NCBI GenBank assembly: GCA_049967655.1
Contig: JBMFSH010000036.1
Coordinates: forward strand, 1 to 23,793
From: Acidobacteriota bacterium
GTDB taxonomy: Bacteria > Acidobacteriota > UBA4820 > DSQY01
Length of the DNA stretch: 23,793 bases
Direction of reading: 5' to 3'
The position numbers and the translations under genes are program-made. Of this stretch, positions 15,802-23,793 are shown piece after piece. A model generated the notes under the pieces. The model did not search any database. It was not told the DNA's origin and saw only the letters and a list, made by a program, of their open reading frames with translations. The stretch's first letter is position 1. Every line of letters starts with the position of its first letter.

Positions 15802-16890
15802 TTACACGACCTTGTCGAATTCGGCCTCGAGCCGCTCGGCTTCGAAGCTCTCCAGCAGGGGGTCCAGGAGCATGTCCAGGTCCCCCTCCAGGATGTCGGC
15901 CAGGCGGTGGATGGTCAGGTTGATGCGGTGGTCCGTGAGGCGGTTCTGGGGGAAGTTGTAGGTCCGGATCTTCTCGGAGCGGTCCCCCGACCGCACCATG
16001 GACTTCCGCGTGACCGAGAGCTCGGCCATGCGTTTCTCCTCCTCCAGCTGGAGGAGCCTCGAACGGAGGATCTTGAGCGCCTTGGCCTTGTTTTTGATCT
16101 GGCTCTTCTCGTCCTGGCAGGAGACCACGAGCCCCGTGGGCAGGTGCGTGATCCGGATGGCGCTGTAGGTGGTGTTCACGCTCTGCCCGCCCGGACCAGA
16201 GGAGCAGAACCGGTCGATCCTGAGATCCTTCTCCTCGATGTGGACGTCGATCTCCTCCGCCTCCGGCAGCACGGCCACCGTCACGGCCGAGGTGTGGATC
16301 CGCCCCGAGGCCTCGGTGGCGGGGACGCGCTGCACCCGGTGGACGCCCGCCTCGAACTTCAGGCGGGAGTAGACCTTCTCCCCGGAGAGGGAGGCCACCA
16401 CCTCCTTGAAGCCGCCCAGCTCGGTGCGGCTCTCGTCCAGCACCTCGAGCTTCCAGCCCTTCCGCTCGGCGTACCGGGCGTACATGCGGAAGAGGTCCCC
16501 CGCAAAGAGCGCGGCCTCCTCGCCCCCCGTGCCGGCCCGGATCTCCAGGATGCCGTTCTTGCTGTCGTTGGGATCGGAGGGGAGCAGGCAGATCTTGAGC
16601 TGGTGCTCCAGTTTAGCCAGTTCCGGTTCGAGCCGGGCGATCTCCTCCCGGGCCATCTCGGCCATCTCCTCCGAGTCTCCCTGCAAGAGCTCCTGGGCCT
16701 CCTGGTAGTCCGCCTGGAGCTTCCGGTAGCGGGTGTAGATGGCCGCCTTTTCGGAGAGGTCCGCGTAGGCCTTGGAGAGCTCCCTGAAGCGCGCCTGGTC
16801 GGCCACCACGTCGGCCCGGCTCAACTGCTCGGAGAGGTCGGCGTGCTTCAAGATCAGCTTGTCTAGGCGGCTCAAAATGGCAGTATCCAT
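15802..16890 (-). CDS. prfA: Peptide chain release factor 1
   Basis: Motifs [21 protein letters not shown] (PxT, RF1-specific), GPGGQSVN and RTYNFPQNR. Confidence 0.98.
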   Translation of the reverse strand: MDTAILSRLDKLILKHADLSEQLSRADVVADQARFRELSKAYADLSEKAAIYTRYRKLQADYQEAQELLQGDSEEMAEMAREEIARLEPELAKLEHQLKICLLPSDPNDSKNGILEIRAGTGGEEAALFAGDLFRMYARYAERKGWKLEVLDESRTELGGFKEVVASLSGEKVYSRLKFEAGVHRVQRVPATEASGRIHTSAVTVAVLPEAEEIDVHIEEKDLRIDRFCSSGPGGQSVNTTYSAIRITHLPTGLVVSCQDEKSQIKNKAKALKILRSRLLQLEEEKRMAELSVTRKSMVRSGDRSEKIRTYNFPQNRLTDHRINLTIHRLADILEGDLDMLLDPLLESFEAERLEAEFDKVV

Positions 16891-16960
16891 GGCTCCGTCC
16901 GTATCGGTGATCGTCGCGAAGCGGTCCGCGGCCCTCGGCGCGGGGGTCGCGGGTCGGGGG

Positions 16961-17932
16961 CTAGGCGGCGAGGGAGGCCGCTCCCAGCTCCTGGGCCTCC
17001 TTGAGGGCCCTGATGGCCACCTCGAGCATGGTGTCGTCGGGAACCCGCGTGGTCAAGAGCTGCATGCCCAATCCCGGCCACAGCAGGGGCCTCACGAAGG
17101 GCGAACGCGGGAACTTCGCCGTGAAGCGGATCAGCTCGTAGGAGATGCCCGCGATCACCGGAAGGAACACCACCCGCGACAGCAACTTCACCCAGAAGGG
17201 GGCGCTCGACGGAACCAGCGAGAAAACCAGGATCGCCACCACCATCACGAAGAGCAGGAAGGAGGTGCCGCAGCGCGGATGGAGCGTGGAGTGGCGGCGG
17301 GCGTTCTCCACCGTCAGCTCCTCCCGCGCCTCCCACGTGTAGACCACCTTGTGCTCCGCCCCGTGGTAGCCAAAGACCCGGCGGATGTCCTTCATGAGGG
17401 AGATCCCCAGGATGTAGAGGACGAACATGACGATGCGGATGGCCCCGTCGATGAGGTTGAAGCCCACGGAGCGGTTCGCCAGCGGCCAGACCCGCGTCAG
17501 GAGCTGGGTGAGCAGTAGGGGCACGTAGAAGAAGATGGCCACCCCCGCGGCCAGGGAGAGCGCCACGGTCAGGGCCATGGGCCAAGCCGAGCCTCCCTTG
17601 TCCTTCTCCCCCTCCTCCTCGGCGCTCTCCTCCATGGCTACCTCGGCCGAGAAGTTCAGCGCCGAGATCCCCAGCATCATGGCCTTGAAGAGGATCACGC
17701 TGCCGCGGACGAAGGGGAGATTGCCGAAACGGCCTTTGGCCGTCTCCGGCACGCGCTCCCGCTTCACGCGCACCTCTCCCTTGGCGTCCCGCACGGCCAC
17801 GGCGTAGGTCTCGGGCAGGCGCATGAGCACCCCCTCGATGACCGCCTGTCCGCCCACGAGGACGCTCCCCTCCGCCAGGAGGGGGAGACTGGCCCTGACC
17901 CACCGGCGAAAGGAGCCCGTTCGGCCCGGCAT
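16961..17932 (-). CDS. DUF1385 domain membrane protein
   Basis: Motifs [19 protein letters not shown] and HPRCGTSF, in its usual position between rpmE and prfA. Start codon uncertain; ATG 17932 chosen. Confidence 0.9.
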   Translation of the reverse strand: MPGRTGSFRRWVRASLPLLAEGSVLVGGQAVIEGVLMRLPETYAVAVRDAKGEVRVKRERVPETAKGRFGNLPFVRGSVILFKAMMLGISALNFSAEVAMEESAEEEGEKDKGGSAWPMALTVALSLAAGVAIFFYVPLLLTQLLTRVWPLANRSVGFNLIDGAIRIVMFVLYILGISLMKDIRRVFGYHGAEHKVVYTWEAREELTVENARRHSTLHPRCGTSFLLFVMVVAILVFSLVPSSAPFWVKLLSRVVFLPVIAGISYELIRFTAKFPRSPFVRPLLWPGLGMQLLTTRVPDDTMLEVAIRALKEAQELGAASLAA

Positions 17933-17942
17933 GATTCGGGAG

Positions 17943-18152
17943 CTACTCCTTGGACTTCTTGCCGTACTTGGTGTTGAACTTTTCGATGCGGCCGGCGGTG
18001 TCCAGGAACTTCTGCTTGCCCGTAAAGAAGGGGTGGCAGGCCGCACAGATTTCAACCTTGAGCTCTTTTTTCGTGGAGTGGGTGACGAAGGTGTTCCCGC
18101 AAGCGCAGGTCACCGTCACCTCGTGGTAGGCCGGATGAATGCCTTTCTTCAT
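17943..18152 (-). CDS. rpmE: 50S ribosomal protein L31, Zn-binding form
   Basis: MKKGIHPAY…CACG…[13 protein letters not shown]…GRIEKF; SD AAGGAGGT. Confidence 0.98.
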   Translation of the reverse strand: MKKGIHPAYHEVTVTCACGNTFVTHSTKKELKVEICAACHPFFTGKQKFLDTAGRIEKFNTKYGKKSKE

Positions 18153-18178
18153 GAAGAACTACCTCCTTCAAAAGGCTG

Positions 18179-18207
18179 ATTATAAACCAACATCCGCGTC
18201 CTTGCAA
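18179..18207 (-). promoter_or_regulatory. Sigma70 promoter of the rpmE operon
   Basis: TTGCAA (18207-18202), 17 bp, TATAAT (18184-18179). Confidence 0.8.
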
Positions 18208-18255
18208 GGTCGGACGGGGGGAGCTGGATCCGGAATTCGGAAAGCGGGAAAGGGA

Positions 18256-18284
18256 ATTCACTACCAAGACACCAGGACACGAAG
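18256..18284. repeat. 3 x 8-bp repeat, inverted copy of 2278-2306
   Basis: attca-ctaccaag-acaccagg-acacgaag versus the reverse complement of 2278-2306, attca-ccaccaag-acaccaag-gcaccaag (25/29). Confidence 0.8.
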
Positions 18285-18310
18285 AGACTTCGCTTCCGGC
18301 TAGATTCCGA

Positions 18311-18387
18311 GATGAGGTGATGCCCAAAGAAAGCGTCGCGCCCCGCCGTGGCTGCCTCTTGTCCCCTGTCCCCTGTCCCTTGTCCCC
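18311..18387. repeat. 77-bp composite element, copy 2
   Basis: gatgaggtgatgcccaaaga…tgtcccc-tgtcccc-tgtccct-tgtcccc, with the same head-to-tail spacing as 12101-12177. Confidence 0.85.
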
Positions 18388-18392
18388 ACCAC

Positions 18393-19055
18393 TCACTTCT
18401 TGCGGAGCAGGGCCCCGAAGTGCTCCCGAAACTTCTTCATCTTCGGCGAGATCACGAGCTGGCAGTAGGGCGCCCCACCGTTGAGGCGGTAATACTCCTG
18501 GTGGTAGTTCTCGGCCTCGTAGAAGACCTGGAAGGGCTCCACCTGGGTGACGACGGGCCTCGGGTAGAGCTTGGCCGCTTCCAGCTTCCGGATGGCCTCT
18601 TCCGCCGCCGCCCGCTGTTCGGGGCTCCGGTAGAAGATCACCGAGCGGTACTGGGGCCCCACGTCCGCCCCCTGCCGGTTCGGCGTCGTCGGGTCGTGGA
18701 CCGCGAAAAAGACCTCCAGGATCCGCCCGAGGGAGATCACGGCCGGGTCGAAGGTGACCTGCACCACCTCGGCGTGGCCCGTCCTCCCGGTGCAGACCTG
18801 CTCGTAAGTCGGGTTCGGGACGGTCCCCCCCGAATAACCCGACTCCACCTTTTCCACCCCCTTGAGCTCCTCGAAGACCGCCTCGATGCACCAGAAGCAG
18901 CCCCCGCCCAGCGTGATCGTCTCCGTCTTCTCGGACATCACTCGCCCTTTTCCTCTAGCAACTTGCGCCCACGACGTCACGCCGAGGGCGCACAGCGCCG
19001 CGGTAGCCACAAGCGCCGCCGCCAGCTTCCGGCCATGGTCAGTTCGCGCTCTCAT
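18393..19055 (-). CDS. msrA: Peptide-methionine (S)-S-oxide reductase MsrA with N-terminal signal peptide
   Basis: Motifs [27 protein letters not shown] and PYC. Signal peptide ends SWA/Q. Second Met at 18938. Confidence 0.96.
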   Translation of the reverse strand: MRARTDHGRKLAAALVATAALCALGVTSWAQVARGKGRVMSEKTETITLGGGCFWCIEAVFEELKGVEKVESGYSGGTVPNPTYEQVCTGRTGHAEVVQVTFDPAVISLGRILEVFFAVHDPTTPNRQGADVGPQYRSVIFYRSPEQRAAAEEAIRKLEAAKLYPRPVVTQVEPFQVFYEAENYHQEYYRLNGGAPYCQLVISPKMKKFREHFGALLRKK

Positions 19056-19061
19056 GTTGAT

Positions 19062-19089
19062 GGGAACGCCGGAGCCGGCGCTTTATTCG
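19062..19089 (-). promoter_or_regulatory. Putative ECF-sigma-type promoter of msrA
   Basis: CGAATAAAGCGCCGGCTCCGGCGTTCCC ends 6 nt before the ATG and resembles the motif upstream of msrB. Confidence 0.45.
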
Positions 19090-19191
19090 CTGTCCGGCAC
19101 GCGCGGAGTCGCGCCCCGGCCGGAGGCCCGGCCGCATGAGGGGGCGGATTCTGGCTGGTCGCCGTGTGGGCCGGATTCCGCCGGGAGCCCT

Positions 19192-19536
19192 TCAGAAGGA
19201 GACGATCGCCTCCTCGACGGACTCGTAGCTCTCGAAGACCGCCGAGAGCTGGGCGATGTCGAGGATGTCCTTGATCCGACGGGTGAGGCGCGCCAGCTTC
19301 AGGGTGGCCCCGCGGTTCCGGGCCGAGGTGTAGGCCGCGACGAGCTCGCCGATGCCCGTGGAATCCATGAAGGGCACCTCGCCCAGGTCCAGGACGATCT
19401 TCTGGTGACCGCCGGACACGAGCTCCTTGATCGTCTCCCTCACCTTCAGGTCCCCCGAACCGAGCGTGATGGGCCCCACCAGCTCCACCACCTTGACCGC
19501 TCCCCTGTCGCCGATCTTGATCTGCATGTCTGCCAT
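19192..19536 (-). CDS. STAS-domain anti-sigma factor antagonist (RsbV/SpoIIAA-like)
   Basis: IVLDLGEVPFMDSTGIGELV contains the phosphorylatable DS-x-G motif; 114 aa; SD AAGGAG. Confidence 0.93.
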   Translation of the reverse strand: MADMQIKIGDRGAVKVVELVGPITLGSGDLKVRETIKELVSGGHQKIVLDLGEVPFMDSTGIGELVAAYTSARNRGATLKLARLTRRIKDILDIAQLSAVFESYESVEEAIVSF

Positions 19537-19621
19537 GGCCGCCTCTCCTTATGGAACGTTCCGCCGCGGGAAGCCCGGCGATGGGCCTCCCCAGGTTCTC
19601 TCTCGCTATGCTGGTAATGCC

Positions 19622-19650
19622 AATATGGGCGGCCCCTCCCTTCCCGTCAA
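19622..19650 (-). promoter_or_regulatory. Sigma70-type promoter for the STAS gene
   Basis: TTGACG (19650-19645), 17 bp, CATATT (19627-19622). Confidence 0.55.
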
Positions 19651-19750
19651 GCCACCCGCCTTACCGCCGCGGGAGTCAGTGCAGCCCTTCTCGCGAGGCA
19701 CACCCTTTCGTGCAGGAGTGGCAACCCCCAGATCGAATTCACGGATTATG

Positions 19751-19779
19751 TTGCATGGGACAGAATCGCGGACTAAGCT
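19751..19779 (+). promoter_or_regulatory. Sigma70-type promoter for the DUF748 gene
   Basis: TTGCAT (19751-19756), 17 bp, TAAGCT (19774-19779). Confidence 0.55.
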
Positions 19780-19797
19780 CCATGGTATGGAGGCCAC

Positions 19798-22700
19798 ATG
19801 ACCGGATTTCGCTCCGCTGTCGCTTCGGGAAAACGGGCGCTGGCCTGGCTGGGGTCCCAATGGCGAGCCCGTCGCGTGCGCCGCCTTCTCTATGGCCTTG
19901 CCGGCGCCGTGGTCCTCTTCGCCCTCCTGGGCTTCTTCGCCGTGCCGCCGATCCTGAAGGGCTACCTGGTCCGCACCCTCTCCGAGAGGCTGCACCGGCC
20001 GGTGACCGTGAGCACCGTTCGCTTCAACCCCTTCACCCTCACCGCCACCCTCGCGGGCTGTGACATCAAGGACCGCGACGGCGTCTCCCCCTTCCTCTCC
20101 TTCGATTCGCTCACCCTCGGCGCCTCGCTCCGCTCCATACCCGACCGGGGCGCCGTCCTCGATGAGCTGGTCCTGAGGGGCCTTCGCCTGGCCATCGTGC
20201 GCCACCGCGACGGTTCCTACAATTTCTCCGACCTCCTCATGCCCTCGCCCGGCAAGCCTCCCGGCCGCCCCCTCCGTTACTCCCTCAACAACATCCGGGT
20301 CCTGGGCGCCGCCATCACCTTCGACGACCGGCCCAAGGGAGCGCGCCACGAGGTGACCGACCTCAACCTCGGCATCCCCTTCCTCTCCGACCTGCCGAGC
20401 AACGTGAACATCTACACCGACCCCTCGCTCAGCGCCAAGGTGGACGGCAGGCCCTTCGAGCTGCGCGGCCGGAGCAAGCCCTTCAGCCACAGCCGAGAGA
20501 CCTTTCTGTCGCTGGACGTGAACGGCCTGGACCTGGCCCGCTACCTCCCCTACCTCCCCGCCGACCTCGGCTTCAAGGTGTTGTCGGGCCACCTGAGCAC
20601 GGCCCTCAAGCTGACCTTCCTGGACGACGTTCGCGGCCACCGCAAGCTCATCCTCAGCGGCCGCGCCGCCCTCGCCGATCTCGTCGTCAACCAGCGGGAC
20701 GGCGCCCCCCTGGCCCGACTGCCGCGCGCGGGCTTCAACCTCGGCTCGGTGGATCTGCTCACCCTGAAGGGCATCGTGACCTCCATCCACCTCCAGGCGC
20801 CCGAGCTCTACCTGAGCCGTGACCGCCGCGGCGACTGGAATTTCGCCAACCTCGGCCCCGCCTCGCCGCCCGCCCCGGCGCCCAAGGCCCCCGCCGCCCC
20901 CGAGGCCGCCGTGAACGTGCTCCTCGGCGAGGTGGCCCTCTCGGGGGGCGCGATCCACTTCGACGACGAGTCCGTCCGCCCCGCCTTCAAAGCCACGTTC
21001 TCTCCCGTGGACCTGACCGTGCAGAACCTGGACACGGCCCTTGGGCGCCCCGCCCAGGTGAACCTCGCGCTCAAGACGGACCAGGGCGAGGGGCTCAAGG
21101 CCTCCGCCACCCTCGCCTTCTCGCCGCTCACGGCGAAGGGTCGGATCGAGACGGACGGGCTCCGCCTCGTCCGCTACGACCCGTACGACCGGGAGCTGCT
21201 GCCCTTCGAGGTGGAGGACGGCCGCCTCAGCCTCTCCGGGAACTACGCCTTCTCCGCCGCCGACGGCGCCAACGCCATCCAGCTCGCGGAGGGCGCCGCC
21301 ACCGCGGCGGGCCTACGCCTGCGCCTGCCGGGTGAGAAGGAGGACTTCCTCGACCTGCCCTCCGCCACGGCCTCGGGCCTGAGCTTCGACACCGCCTCCT
21401 CCAAGGCGGGCATCGCCTCGCTGGAGGCCGCGGGCGGAAGCCTGCGCGCCGTCCGGACGGCGGACGGCAGCCTCGACCTGGCGCGCCTCGCCTCTCCGGC
21501 CCCGGCGCCCACCCAGGCCCCGGCGTTCGATCCCTCCTCCACGCCGGTCGCAGACCCCGCGTCCAGCCGCTCCTGGGTCGTCTCCCTCGGCAACCTCGCC
21601 TGGAAGGGCTTCGCCCTGCGCGCCGAGGACCGCTCCCTCGGCGAGCCGGCCTCCTTCGACTTTCCCTCCGTGACCCTCACCGCCCAGGGGCTCTCCACCG
21701 CTCCGAACCAGGCCGGCTCGCTGAGCCTCCAGGCCGCCATGAAGCCCTCCGGCAGCCTCTCCCTCTCGGGCCCCGTCACCCTCTCGCCCTTCTCGCTGAA
21801 CTGGGACGTGGCCCTCGACCGCCTGGCCCTCCTCCCCTTCGAGCCCTACCTCGCGGGTGAGCTGGCCATCGACCTCACGGAGGGCAACGCCTCCGCCAAG
21901 GGGAAAATCGCCCTGTCCCTGCCCGCGGACAAGCCCTTGCAGGCCTCCTTCGCGGGCCAGGCACGGGTGGACGACCTGGCCACGGTGGATCGCGTGAACC
22001 TGGAGAAGTTTGTCAACTGGAAGTCCCTCCAGCTCGGCGGCATCAAGGCCCAGGCCGAGCCGCCGAGCCTCACCATGGCCTCCGTCACCCTCTCCGACTT
22101 CTACGCCCGCATCATCGTCAGCCCCCAGGGCAAGCTGAACCTCTTCCAGCTGCTCCACCCCACACCGCCTGCCGCCCAGCCGGGCGCGCCCGACGCCGTG
22201 CAGCCCGTCCAGCCAGGAGGCGCGCCGGGCATGATGGCCAGCGTCCAGCCCGGCGGGCCCGGGGGCGGAGAGCCGAAGCAGGCCTACCCGGCGCCGACCC
22301 CCGGCGCCGCGCCCGCGCCGACCGCCGCGACCGAAGCGGCGCCCAAGGAGCTGGTGGAGATCCCCGCCATCACCCTCTCGGGCGGCACCGTCGACTACAC
22401 GGATCACTTCATCAAACCCAACTACTCGGCCAAGCTCACCGAGGTGGTCGGCAGCCTTACGGGCCTCTCCTCTCGCCCCGGCACGCGCGCCGACCTGAAG
22501 CTCAGCGCCCACCTCGAACACCAGGCGCCCATCGAGGTGACGGGGCAGATCAATCCCCTCGTCAAGCCCCCCTACGCCGACATCAAGGGCAAGGTGACCG
22601 ACGTGGAGCTGAGCCCGCTCTCGCCCTACTCGGGCCGCTACGCGGGCTACATCATCGACAAGGGCAAGCTCAACATGGACGTGAGCTACCACGTGGAGAA

Positions 22701-23538
22701 CAACCACCTCGATGCCAAGAACCACCTCTTCCTGGACCAGTTCACCTTCGGCTCCAAGGTGAACAGCCCCGAGGCTACCAAGCTCCCGGTCCGGCTGGCC
22801 GTGGCCCTCCTCAAGGACCGCGAGGGGCGCATCGACCTGAACATCCCCGTGAGCGGCTCCCTCAACGACCCCAAATTCAAGATCGGCCCCATCATCCTGA
22901 AGATCATCCTGAACCTCCTCTCGAAGGCCGCCACCGCCCCCTTCGCCCTCCTCGGCCACCTCTTCGGCCACGGCGAATCCCTCAGCTACCTCACCTTCGC
23001 CCCCGGCACAGCCACCCTCGACGCCGCCGCCGTGAAGAAGGTCGAGCAGCTCGAGACGGCCCTCTACGAGCACCCCGGCCTCAAGCTGGACATCACCGGC
23101 CGATTCGACCCCGCGGCGGACGAGGAGGGCCTCAAGCGCGCCTTCGTCGAGCGGGAGATCAAAGCGCAGAGGTTCAAGGAGCTGCTCAAGAAGGGCCAGG
23201 CGCCCGCCTCCGTGGACGCCGTCCAGCTCACGCCGAAGGAGTATTCCGAGTACCTCTTCGAGGCCTACAAGCACGCCAAGTTCCCCAAGGCGCGCACCCT
23301 CATCGGCCTCGTCAAGAGGCTGCCCGACGACCAGATGGAGCGGCTTCTGCTCCTCCACACCACGGTCACCGATGAGGAGCTCAAACGGCTCGCCCTCGCC
23401 CGCGCCCAGGCCGTCAAGGACGCCCTCCTCAAATCGGGCAAGGTCCCCGCCGAGCGCGTCTTCCTCGCCACCCAGGGCGCCGCCTCCGAGGAGGCCAAGA
23501 AGGCCAGCCTCTCCCGCGTGGATTTCACGTTGAAATGA
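19798..23538 (+). CDS. DUF748-domain (AsmA-like) protein with C-terminal OmpA-like region
   Basis: N-terminal TM, VRFNPFTL, DGSYNFSDLL, LSPYSGRYAGY, LPVRLAVALLKDREGRIDL and terminal LALARAQAVKDAL…RVDFTLK; SD GGAGG. Confidence 0.9.
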   Translation: MTGFRSAVASGKRALAWLGSQWRARRVRRLLYGLAGAVVLFALLGFFAVPPILKGYLVRTLSERLHRPVTVSTVRFNPFTLTATLAGCDIKDRDGVSPFLSFDSLTLGASLRSIPDRGAVLDELVLRGLRLAIVRHRDGSYNFSDLLMPSPGKPPGRPLRYSLNNIRVLGAAITFDDRPKGARHEVTDLNLGIPFLSDLPSNVNIYTDPSLSAKVDGRPFELRGRSKPFSHSRETFLSLDVNGLDLARYLPYLPADLGFKVLSGHLSTALKLTFLDDVRGHRKLILSGRAALADLVVNQRDGAPLARLPRAGFNLGSVDLLTLKGIVTSIHLQAPELYLSRDRRGDWNFANLGPASPPAPAPKAPAAPEAAVNVLLGEVALSGGAIHFDDESVRPAFKATFSPVDLTVQNLDTALGRPAQVNLALKTDQGEGLKASATLAFSPLTAKGRIETDGLRLVRYDPYDRELLPFEVEDGRLSLSGNYAFSAADGANAIQLAEGAATAAGLRLRLPGEKEDFLDLPSATASGLSFDTASSKAGIASLEAAGGSLRAVRTADGSLDLARLASPAPAPTQAPAFDPSSTPVADPASSRSWVVSLGNLAWKGFALRAEDRSLGEPASFDFPSVTLTAQGLSTAPNQAGSLSLQAAMKPSGSLSLSGPVTLSPFSLNWDVALDRLALLPFEPYLAGELAIDLTEGNASAKGKIALSLPADKPLQASFAGQARVDDLATVDRVNLEKFVNWKSLQLGGIKAQAEPPSLTMASVTLSDFYARIIVSPQGKLNLFQLLHPTPPAAQPGAPDAVQPVQPGGAPGMMASVQPGGPGGGEPKQAYPAPTPGAAPAPTAATEAAPKELVEIPAITLSGGTVDYTDHFIKPNYSAKLTEVVGSLTGLSSRPGTRADLKLSAHLEHQAPIEVTGQINPLVKPPYADIKGKVTDVELSPLSPYSGRYAGYIIDKGKLNMDVSYHVENNHLDAKNHLFLDQFTFGSKVNSPEATKLPVRLAVALLKDREGRIDLNIPVSGSLNDPKFKIGPIILKIILNLLSKAATAPFALLGHLFGHGESLSYLTFAPGTATLDAAAVKKVEQLETALYEHPGLKLDITGRFDPAADEEGLKRAFVEREIKAQRFKELLKKGQAPASVDAVQLTPKEYSEYLFEAYKHAKFPKARTLIGLVKRLPDDQMERLLLLHTTVTDEELKRLALARAQAVKDALLKSGKVPAERVFLATQGAASEEAKKASLSRVDFTLK

Positions 23539-23553
23539 AAGCGAGGCAAGAAA

Positions 23554-23679
23554 AGCAAGGTTGTCCTCATGGACGGGGCAACCCCCGCCGGGCTCATGAT
23601 CGACCACGGGCTGGGGACCTCCACAGCCGCGAGGTACGAGATGAAGAAAGTCGATCAGGATTACTTTGGAGCGGACTGA
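23554..23679 (+). pseudogene. mrr: C-terminal remnant of an Mrr restriction endonuclease gene
   Basis: Translation SKVVLMDGATPAGLMIDHGLGTSTAARYEMKKVDQDYFGAD* fits the Mrr C-terminal pattern KIVLIDG-x3-A-x-LMI-x-H-x-LGV…YE-x-K-x-ID-x-DYF. The rest of the gene is missing. Confidence 0.7.
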
Positions 23680-23721
23680 TGAAGGGCGAGGGAGAAGGGG
23701 AGACCTATGCGTCAACGTTGA

Positions 23722-23750
23722 GTAGCCTCGGCGGGTTGCCCCGCCGAGGC
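23722..23750 (+). repeat. GTAG-headed REP-like palindrome
   Basis: GTAG overlaps a perfect 11-bp stem, GCCTCGGCGGG-TTGC-CCCGCCGAGGC, with no adjacent U-tract. Confidence 0.55.
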
Positions 23751-23793
23751 CCTCGCCAGATCCGGACTTGGAGATTTCCACCATCCGGCTCCT

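Noticed and set aside
19143..19182. Intrinsic terminator after the STAS gene (likewise 15782-15800 after prfA)
   Set aside because: The stems are imperfect or short and lack a U-tract, so they cannot be supported as terminators.
23536..23538. Selenocysteine or read-through of the DUF748 TGA
   Set aside because: DUF748 ends at its typical RVDFTLK terminus, and no SECIS-like hairpin follows immediately.
23641..23679. 12-aa small ORF MKKVDQDYFGAD with GAGGT upstream, as a leader or RiPP peptide
   Set aside because: It is better explained as the tail of the Mrr remnant.

Overview
This is a GC-rich bacterial chromosomal window from a diderm; an Acidobacteriota-like host is only an inference from gene content. 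Most of it is housekeeping or envelope genes: a UbiD/MqnL-type decarboxylase, msrB, tamB-tamA, an exported hypothetical protein, an ArsB/NhaD-type anion permease, a radical SAM enzyme with a stretched CX10CX2C motif, a small membrane protein, a VAT-1-like quinone oxidoreductase, an atypical CLC, an SDR, rpmE-DUF1385-prfA, msrA, a STAS anti-anti-sigma factor and a DUF748 protein. The ORF track misses a defence sequence at each edge: the N-terminal HD domain of a Cas3 running off the left edge (minus strand, ATG at 227) and a C-terminal Mrr remnant just after the DUF748 stop codon. The most unusual signals are non-coding. (i) Composite intergenic elements built from 7/8/9-bp tandem units bracket msrB, the radical SAM gene and the 3' end of msrA; two 77-bp copies align without gaps. 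(ii) msrA and msrB, about 16 kb apart, share an ECF-like upstream motif, and both have a signal peptide plus a second in-frame start. No CRISPR array, tRNA, rRNA, integrase or transposase is visible. All calls come from motif recognition by eye; no searches were run.
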